This document shows positions 14,794 through 20,000 of a DNA stretch of 20,000 nucleotides, piece after piece. Within the stretch, counting starts at the first letter, position 1. Each line of letters begins with the position of its first letter. A program made the position numbers and the translations under genes. The notes under the pieces were generated by a model. That model worked only from the letters and a program-made list of their open reading frames with translations. It had not been told where the DNA came from and searched no databases. The DNA lies in the IMG/VR virus record IMGVR_UViG_3300011334_000503; one strand, written 5' to 3'. Source of the stretch: an uncultured virus (IMG/VR IMGVR_UViG_3300011334_000503). Lineage: Duplodnaviria; Heunggongvirae; Uroviricota; Caudoviricetes.

Positions 14794-14991
14794 TTATTTT
14801 TTATAGGTTTCGTTAAAGTACTCCTCTCCTGTTTTTAATGGGTTGTTGTAAACGTCTTCTTCGACTCCTGTGCGGTATGCTTCTGAGATTTGTGCCTTCT
14901 CCATCTCTTTGGCTTTGGTCATGTCCTCGTAGTACAAGGTACCATAATCGTGGTACCTCTTAATCAACCATTCGACTGCTGTCTGTGTCAT
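14794..14991 (-). CDS. Small phage protein, 'QTAVEWL...EEYFNETYKK' family
   Basis: Paralog family member with an upstream GTACATTTAC motif. Confidence 0.75.
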   Translation of the reverse strand: MTQTAVEWLIKRYHDYGTLYYEDMTKAKEMEKAQISEAYRTGVEEDVYNNPLKTGEEYFNETYKK

Positions 14992-15102
14992 AACTTATTG
15001 TTTAGGTAAATGTACGCTAATCCTTTGGAAAGGAGAAGTATTCCGTTTTGGTGTATATATAGATCTTAAGGGTTCTCGGGATCGTGGTGTGTGGCGCGCT
15101 CG

Positions 15103-15312
15103 TCACTGTCCCTTATCCTCACCGCCGCAGTACTTACACTTGATTGGTCTCCAATCCTGGTTCGGTACGGGTTTTACTTTTTCTAGTTCTATCTGTTCTT
15201 TGAATACTGTATCTAGTATTGTTAATAGTCTTATCTTTGCATTCTCCTCTATTATTGAATATCCGTCTGAATATTCTAGCTCTATGTCTTTGGTCTTAAT
15301 TTTTAGGTTCAT
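15103..15312 (-). CDS. Hypothetical protein
   Basis: 69 aa with a C-terminal CxxC. Confidence 0.6.
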   Translation of the reverse strand: MNLKIKTKDIELEYSDGYSIIEENAKIRLLTILDTVFKEQIELEKVKPVPNQDWRPIKCKYCGGEDKGQ

Positions 15313-15316
15313 ATTA

Positions 15317-15571
15317 TTATTCTTGATAGTATTTATCTAGCATTTTGTCCCATTCTTTATCGTATAATTCCTTCCACTCATCACTTAATTTAGGATAGAT
15401 ATTCTCTTGAAAGAAATTATTCATCGAGTACCCAAACTTAAGATCATTTAAATAGGTTTCGCAATACTGTCCTTCTATACCCTGTTTGCAAGATAAAGGC
15501 GAGCAACAACCTTCTTCTCCACATCCATTACATATCTTACAATATGGACTGTATTCTTCTGTTTGTGCCAT
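15317..15571 (-). CDS. Cys-rich hypothetical protein (possible metal binding)
   Basis: YCKICNGCGEEGCCSPLSC...YC motif. Confidence 0.7.
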   Translation of the reverse strand: MAQTEEYSPYCKICNGCGEEGCCSPLSCKQGIEGQYCETYLNDLKFGYSMNNFFQENIYPKLSDEWKELYDKEWDKMLDKYYQE

Positions 15572-15581
15572 AGTTTATTTT

Positions 15582-15815
15582 TTAATACCACTCTATTGTC
15601 AATAGATATTTGGTAGAATTGATGCAGGGTCCGATCTCTATTACATTGGAGAATTTTTTAGTCTTTCCTTTGAACACGAAGAATCCTGGAATTTTTAGAT
15701 AGAAGAACCAGTAGTTATCGCTCATCCTTTCTGGATTGATGACTCTATAAGATCTAAACATGTTGTACTTATCTATTGCGTCTAGCATTCTCTCTTTTAC
15801 TAGTCTTACTTTCAT
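15582..15815 (-). CDS. Hypothetical protein
   Basis: 77 aa, in the operon-like array. Confidence 0.6.
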   Translation of the reverse strand: MKVRLVKERMLDAIDKYNMFRSYRVINPERMSDNYWFFYLKIPGFFVFKGKTKKFSNVIEIGPCINSTKYLLTIEWY

Positions 15816-15819
15816 ATGC

Positions 15820-15951
15820 TTAAGGTTTGGTTGTTTTAGCTTTAGTCACTAATTCTAATATCTCCTCTAACTTTTGATCTATGGAGTTAGCTCTTTCCTC
15901 TATTCGATCTAAAGAATCGTTAATCTGGTCTATTATTTCTTGTTCTGTCAT
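15820..15951 (-). CDS. Small coiled-coil protein (43 aa, not in the ORF track)
   Basis: MTEQEIIDQINDSLDRIEERANSIDQKLEEILELVTKAKTTKP*, with an ATGA overlap with the upstream stop. Confidence 0.65.
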   Translation of the reverse strand: MTEQEIIDQINDSLDRIEERANSIDQKLEEILELVTKAKTTKP

Positions 15952-16406
15952 AGTTTATTATTTAAGCGTTTGATATAGTCGTTAGCGAACTTGATCTTCC
16001 ATTCTCCAGTGTGACCGTCTTCGTCTAAGGCATACATGATGGCGTCCTTAATGCGTTGCTCTTCCTTTTCTTTGTTTTTCCAATTATTAACTTTGTCTAC
16101 TTGTTCTCTTATTTGGGTTGATGTTTCTATCTGTATTCGCTGTATCAAATTTATAAGTTCATCTTTTGTGAATACAAATACCTCACCTGTTAATCTATGG
16201 AAATCTTGTGCGTGGGGGTTTTTGTCATCAAATTTAACAGTGGAATGCTTAACAATGTCTGGTTTTGCTATAAATAGTTCATCAGCGATTCTATACATTA
16301 ACTGCCTATTCATCTGTTCTACTAATCCATGAATATGTGAACGTTCTAGCATTTCTCTAGGTACTATATATTCTGCTCTAAGTCTATTTTTTAATGGTAG
16401 TTCCAT
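15948..16406 (-). CDS. Hypothetical protein
   Basis: 152 aa, tightly packed. Confidence 0.65.
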   Translation of the reverse strand: MELPLKNRLRAEYIVPREMLERSHIHGLVEQMNRQLMYRIADELFIAKPDIVKHSTVKFDDKNPHAQDFHRLTGEVFVFTKDELINLIQRIQIETSTQIREQVDKVNNWKNKEKEEQRIKDAIMYALDEDGHTGEWKIKFANDYIKRLNNKL

Positions 16407-16409
16407 AGA

Positions 16410-16643
16410 TTAGTTTAAAAGTAAGATTAATTTAATTTGAGTATTACAATAATTGATTGTTCGTTCTAGTTCTTGAATAGACATAATGTGCTCATCGGGA
16501 GTTTGTTCATACTTTATGCAAACCATCTTCCTCATGTCTAGATAAGGTTCTAACATTCGAAGTAACTGTTCATTACTTATTGAGTTATTAGCAATCTTTC
16601 TAATCCTTTGTTCTTGTTCGAGTCCATCGTAATTTAAATTCAT
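16410..16643 (-). CDS. Hypothetical protein
   Basis: 77 aa with an upstream GTACATTTAAC motif. Confidence 0.65.
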   Translation of the reverse strand: MNLNYDGLEQEQRIRKIANNSISNEQLLRMLEPYLDMRKMVCIKYEQTPDEHIMSIQELERTINYCNTQIKLILLLN

Positions 16644-16680
16644 AACCTTTATTTAGTTAAATGTACTAAATCTTTTTGAT

Positions 16681-17064
16681 CTAATTAAACTTATCTTTGA
16701 AGCGATAGTTCGATTCTAAGTATTCCCACAAAGACTGAAACGAGTAGCAGATGGGATTGCCATTCTCGTCTCTTGCGCCGTATTCTATTTCTCCAGTAGG
16801 TTCTTTTCTAGTGAAGGTACCGTCTGCCTCTCGCCTAAGAGTAGTTTTACTCCAGTCCTTTTCTCCGTAGTCGTTTTCCCAACAGAACCAAGAGTACCAA
16901 TCATAACCCTCTTTTGTATAGATTTCGGTCAGTAATGTTTGTGTCATTACAGAATACTCTTCTACGAAGTCTATAAGATCGATCTTGATGTCGTAAGCTT
17001 TTTGGATCTTTTGCTCCATCTTTCTTTGAGTCATAATCACCTTCAGAAAATTTTCGTACGTCAT
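16681..17064 (-). CDS. Conserved phage hypothetical protein ('EGYDWYSWFCWENDYG...A.DENGNPICYS..SLWEYL')
   Basis: The likely start is MTYENFLK at 17064; the track start at 17166 lies inside a tRNA-like element. Confidence 0.75.
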   Translation of the reverse strand: MTYENFLKVIMTQRKMEQKIQKAYDIKIDLIDFVEEYSVMTQTLLTEIYTKEGYDWYSWFCWENDYGEKDWSKTTLRREADGTFTRKEPTGEIEYGARDENGNPICYSFQSLWEYLESNYRFKDKFN

Positions 17065-17078
17065 AATTTTTATTTTTG

Positions 17079-17180
17079 TAGTCAGGACAGGATTCGAACC
17101 TGTAAGTGGTACACCCAAGTAATTCAGTTCCACCATCTGAATGTATTTAGAGTGTGCGTCTACCATTCCGCCACCTGACC
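17079..17180 (-). ncRNA. tRNA-like element 4 (anticodon arm replaced by a long hairpin)
   Basis: Acceptor GGTCAGG/CCTGACT-A; Leu-type D arm GGCGGAATGGTAGACGC; extended hairpin ACACTC..ATTCAG/CTGAAT..GGGTGT; T arm ACAGG-TTCGAAT-CCTGT. Confidence 0.75.
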
Positions 17181-17188
17181 ATCCTTCG

Positions 17189-17449
17189 TTAATAAAGTTC
17201 TACATTCAATTCCTTACTCCATTTCTTATATGCCTCAATTGGATCATTAACGTATGCATTTATTTCAGATAGTGCCCTTTCATAATTTGTAAATGCAATT
17301 GATTTACAACCAATTCTTACAACACAACCGCTATCTAGAAATTCAATGTTGATTTGATGTCTTCGCCTAATTTCATCTGCAGATGGTTTATATCTATTTG
17401 GTCCATCATCTCTAACTGGTTCTTGGCATAATGTTTCTTCTGGTCTCAT
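17189..17449 (-). CDS. Hypothetical protein
   Basis: 86 aa ('INIEFLDSGCVVRIGCKSIAF'). Confidence 0.7.
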   Translation of the reverse strand: MRPEETLCQEPVRDDGPNRYKPSADEIRRRHQINIEFLDSGCVVRIGCKSIAFTNYERALSEINAYVNDPIEAYKKWSKELNVELY

Positions 17450-17840
17450 GGTTTATTTGTTTTTTATTTATTATACGCTTCGTTATAGTTTATATTATAG
17501 TATTCTTCTGCAAATAGTTTAACTATTGAGTCATCATACGTTGCCTTTTCCATTCCAGACATAAACGCTACTCTTGATGCTTTTTCTAGATGATCCTTCT
17601 CAATCTGCAAAAACCTACTAAAATCTTCATGAGCATGGAATTTGATTGAACCATCCTCTTGTCTGCGTTCAACAAAAATAAAGTTTAGTAATTCCATTAC
17701 TCCTGTCATTGCTTTTTTTCTCGCTTCTACAACTGGAGGTTTCCAAGAAATTGTCGTTGTTCCCATTTCTGTTGGCTTAAAAGATGTTGGCTCTTGATTT
17801 GATGTTTCTTGATTCATGGTTTATTTGTTTTTTATTTATT
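17446..17840. repeat. 27-bp exact direct repeat (17446-17472 and 17814-17840) flanking one gene
   Basis: TCATGGTTTATTTGTTTTTTATTTATT read identically at both positions. Confidence 0.9.
17464..17817 (-). CDS. Hypothetical protein with a C-terminal 'AEEYY...YNK' tail
   Basis: 117 aa; the C-terminus resembles the QTAVE family. Confidence 0.7.
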   Translation of the reverse strand: MNQETSNQEPTSFKPTEMGTTTISWKPPVVEARKKAMTGVMELLNFIFVERRQEDGSIKFHAHEDFSRFLQIEKDHLEKASRVAFMSGMEKATYDDSIVKLFAEEYYNINYNEAYNK

Positions 17841-17999
17841 TTTCATTCTTTCCATTTGTTCGTGGTACTCTTCATACCAAAAGTCCTTGTCATCTTCCCA
17901 CTGACCGGTAAGTTGCGGATACATTTCCCAAAACATCCCGCTTTTTAAGAGTTTAGTGTAAGAATCCTTTACCTTTGCTTCTATAGTTTCTTTTGTCAT
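17832..17999 (-). CDS. Small hypothetical protein (55 aa, not in the ORF track)
   Basis: MTKETIEAKVKDSYTKLLKSGMFWEMYPQLTGQWEDDKDFWYEEYHEQMERMKNK* fills the gap exactly. Confidence 0.7.
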   Translation of the reverse strand: MTKETIEAKVKDSYTKLLKSGMFWEMYPQLTGQWEDDKDFWYEEYHEQMERMKNK

Positions 18000-18008
18000 A
18001 ACCTGTTT

Positions 18009-18635
18009 TTAGAATTCGTTTACTCCATCCAGTCTTTCTAACTCAGCCTGCAAATCTTTTATAGAGGATCCCTTATTAAAACTGGTATTAGGATCCAAGT
18101 CTTTGATCTGTTGTGCTAAGTGTTCTTTACGACCCTGTTCGTAGAACCTATCTTCGATAGCTGTGACTAGATCCCACATCTGAGTGTTTCCACTGATGGA
18201 TATTCTAAGATCATAGTAGTGCCACTTTGTCTTATAGTCAAATATCATGTATCCTCCAGTAAGTCTAGTTAGGAGATTATGTAGCACTCTGTTCCTTACC
18301 CTTACGATAGAGTTATCAGATCCGAATAAGTGTAAGAACCTTAGGAACCAACGAGGACACCACTTAGGTTTTGCCTTGTAGTCCATGAATACCACTAAGG
18401 GTTCCATCGCTTTGAATATTTCACCGTCTTCTTTCCAAGGAACGGAGCCAAGATATTTGTATTTTTCGTAGAACCCATCAGGAAAGAAAACAGCTCTAAG
18501 ATCGTCTAAAGTAATGTCTCTAGTGTGGATCATGCCTTTCTTTCTGCCTTTCCAAAACAATAGGCTTTTTCCAAAGTTAATTGCTTTCTCTTTAAACGAT
18601 CTATTGTCTTTGAATGCAAACTTGCTCTTCTTCAT
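18009..18635 (-). CDS. Hypothetical protein
   Basis: 208 aa, basic and aromatic; starts 17 nt after tRNA-like element 5. Confidence 0.75.
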   Translation of the reverse strand: MKKSKFAFKDNRSFKEKAINFGKSLLFWKGRKKGMIHTRDITLDDLRAVFFPDGFYEKYKYLGSVPWKEDGEIFKAMEPLVVFMDYKAKPKWCPRWFLRFLHLFGSDNSIVRVRNRVLHNLLTRLTGGYMIFDYKTKWHYYDLRISISGNTQMWDLVTAIEDRFYEQGRKEHLAQQIKDLDPNTSFNKGSSIKDLQAELERLDGVNEF

Positions 18636-18652
18636 AACTCTTTATTTTTTTG

Positions 18653-18780
18653 TAGTCAAGATAGGATTCGAACCTATATTACATTTCTGTAATCCTTCTC
18701 ATTCACGTGATACTGGTGCGTCTACCAATGTCTCAGGCCCCAGTTTTTATCCCAGCGCCAAACAATTCCGCCACCTGACT
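18653..18780 (-). ncRNA. tRNA-like element 5 (hairpin inserted in the D loop, degenerate anticodon arm)
   Basis: Acceptor AGTCAGG/CTTGACT-A; GGCGGAAT-[36-nt hairpin insert]-TTGGTAGACGC; variable hairpin ATTACA-GAAA-TGTAAT; T arm ATAGG-TTCGAAT-CCTAT. A promoter-like GTAAATTTAT lies 10 nt upstream. Confidence 0.75.
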
Positions 18781-18840
18781 ATTTATTTGTATAAATTTAC
18801 TAATACTTTTAGACAGATTAAACTATAAGTTTATGGTATC

Positions 18841-19140
18841 TTAGTCAAAGTAACCCAAATCTTTTAAACAATACAACATAGTCTGTAGTTCATCATCGTG
18901 TAATTCGATTCGTTTATTGGTCCACACACCTGTTTTAACGTTGCTTTCTGTTTCCCAACTTATATCGAATCCTTCTCCATTTGCCCACTGAGTTACCTTA
19001 CAGAATGTTTTAGCTAAACACTCGTATTCGAACTCAACCGATCTCGACTCACCGAACTTCTTGAACTTTGCGTAGTCATTCTCTTGGATGTCTTCTTCAG
19101 TGATCTTTAGCCACTTGGCGATTGTCTTTTTGATATTCAT
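18841..19140 (-). CDS. Hypothetical protein
   Basis: Likely start MNIKKTIAKWL at 19140 (ATGA overlap); contains 'VTQWANGEGFDI'. Confidence 0.7.
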   Translation of the reverse strand: MNIKKTIAKWLKITEEDIQENDYAKFKKFGESRSVEFEYECLAKTFCKVTQWANGEGFDISWETESNVKTGVWTNKRIELHDDELQTMLYCLKDLGYFD

Positions 19141-19370
19141 ATTTTTTCTATTTCTTGTTTTACTTGCATCCAATAAGTCAAATACATTGGATGTGGTGTG
19201 TAGTATTCGCTGCTTGTAGATGATAGTGTATCGTCAAATGCACCATCGTCTTCTCTACTACTGATAATCTCATCTACATTTACTAATGCACATTCTTTAG
19301 CCACTTGTTTACTAACTACTTTACTCATATACTTTACTACTAAATAGGCTGCTTTTTGTTTTGGATTCAT
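19137..19370 (-). CDS. Small phage protein, 'PKQKA..LV...YW.QVKQEIEKI' family
   Basis: Paralog of 12637-12855 and 13572-13805. Confidence 0.75.
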   Translation of the reverse strand: MNPKQKAAYLVVKYMSKVVSKQVAKECALVNVDEIISSREDDGAFDDTLSSTSSEYYTPHPMYLTYWMQVKQEIEKI

Positions 19371-19678
19371 ATTGTTGCTTTTATAGTTTTAATGTGTCTA
19401 CAATCTCCTCTGCGCCAAGATCCTGATGCGCAGCTACAGCTCCATGTTCCTTTAGACTTCTTTACCTCGTAGAATTTACCAGGCTTGGTGGAAGATTCTG
19501 CTCTAAATGTTTCTACCGTGGTCTTTATCGAGTGATCTATCTCGAACTCTACCTGATCTACGCTTGTGCCGGATGGTACTGGATACCAACCTGGGCAGAT
19601 GTAAGTGCCTGATAGAGTGGTTAGTATGGATATCGCTGTACCGAACTGACCGTGTGGCTTGATTCTAAACTTTTTCAT
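19367..19678 (-). CDS. SWIM zinc-finger protein
   Basis: SSTKPGKFYEV...WSCSC-x9-CRH is the SWIM CxC-xn-CxH motif. Confidence 0.8.
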   Translation of the reverse strand: MKKFRIKPHGQFGTAISILTTLSGTYICPGWYPVPSGTSVDQVEFEIDHSIKTTVETFRAESSTKPGKFYEVKKSKGTWSCSCASGSWRRGDCRHIKTIKATI

Positions 19679-19689
19679 AACTTTTATTT

Positions 19690-19911
19690 TTATACTACTT
19701 TCTTATGTACGAATCGTTGATGCATATCAATGCTATCGAACAGCTTCTGTCCTGTTATCCATTCCGTTCTACCGTCTTCGTACTTGATCTTAACGTTGCC
19801 CAACATTGGACGATTGATGTGTTGAGATTCTAACAGATACATCTCCATAATCTCTACCTTGTAGGATCTACCTACCAAGCCATTTTCTCCGGGTGTGTAC
19901 TTGACTTTCAT
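19690..19911 (-). CDS. Hypothetical protein
   Basis: 73 aa with an AAAGTT-ATG start. Confidence 0.65.
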   Translation of the reverse strand: MKVKYTPGENGLVGRSYKVEIMEMYLLESQHINRPMLGNVKIKYEDGRTEWITGQKLFDSIDMHQRFVHKKVV

Positions 19912-19923
19912 AACTTTGATTTT

Positions 19924-20000
19924 TTATTCAGTTATTTCTATCTCTGCAAATCGGGCAATATCAACTATTTCCCATCCGACAGCGGTCCAGTCTTTAAATT
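19924..20000 (-). CDS. Partial ORF (3' end only)
   Basis: ...FKDWTAVGWEIVDIARFAEIEITE* ending at the TAA at 19924-19926. Confidence 0.55.
   Translation of the reverse strand, partial: FKDWTAVGWEIVDIARFAEIEITE

Noticed and set aside
17065..17166. N-terminal extension of track ORF 16681..17166
   Set aside because: It overlaps tRNA-like element 4. The ATG at 17064 has the typical A-rich start context.
12414..17840. CRISPR array or classical integron attC sites
   Set aside because: The repeats are separated by whole genes of variable length, are non-palindromic and overlap stop and start codons. There is no cas or integrase gene in the window.
7402..18828. + strand ORFs in the track (7402, 7600, 8065, 8141, 8448, 9913, 10398, 11570, 12027, 12206, 12600, 12629, 15089, 16036, 16939, 18514)
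   Set aside because: Most are antisense shadows of better-supported - strand genes; 11570 is a low-complexity product of the T-rich tract. None has recognisable motifs.
1..20000. Stop-codon reassignment or suppressor tRNA
   Set aside because: Genes are intact under code 11, TAA, TAG and TGA all terminate genes at tight junctions, and no CTA or TCA anticodon tRNA was seen.

Overview
This window looks like part of a large tailed-phage genome (genetic code 11), probably infecting a Bacteroidota host. The host inference rests on AT-rich translation starts without a Shine-Dalgarno site, TAnnTTTG-like promoter motifs and a Bacteroidota-type gcvH. On the + strand (1-1192) are a partial ORF, a virion-like protein and a GIY-YIG nuclease; everything else reads on the - strand. 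1211-4183 is a candidate DNA-hypermodification module: two tandem amino-acid:DNA-transferase (aGPT-PPlase)-like genes plus an MBD4-like HhH glycosylase. 5185-6217 is a dense RNA cluster with three canonical tRNAs (Leu-TAA, Leu-TAG, Ile2/Met-CAT), three tRNA-like RNAs and unexplained structured spacers. Next come two acidic candidate internal-head proteins, a T5orf172 protein, DUF1737, DUF932, an HTH protein and a compositionally skewed gcvH. From about 12.4 kb there is a long array of small paralogous genes joined by repeated stop/start junction sequences. The most notable signal is a family of five tRNA-like elements: they share one acceptor stem (NGTCRGG/YYTGACW) and a TTCGAAT T-arm, but their anticodon, D and variable arms are deleted, expanded or replaced. 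Two of the five sit alone directly upstream of protein genes.
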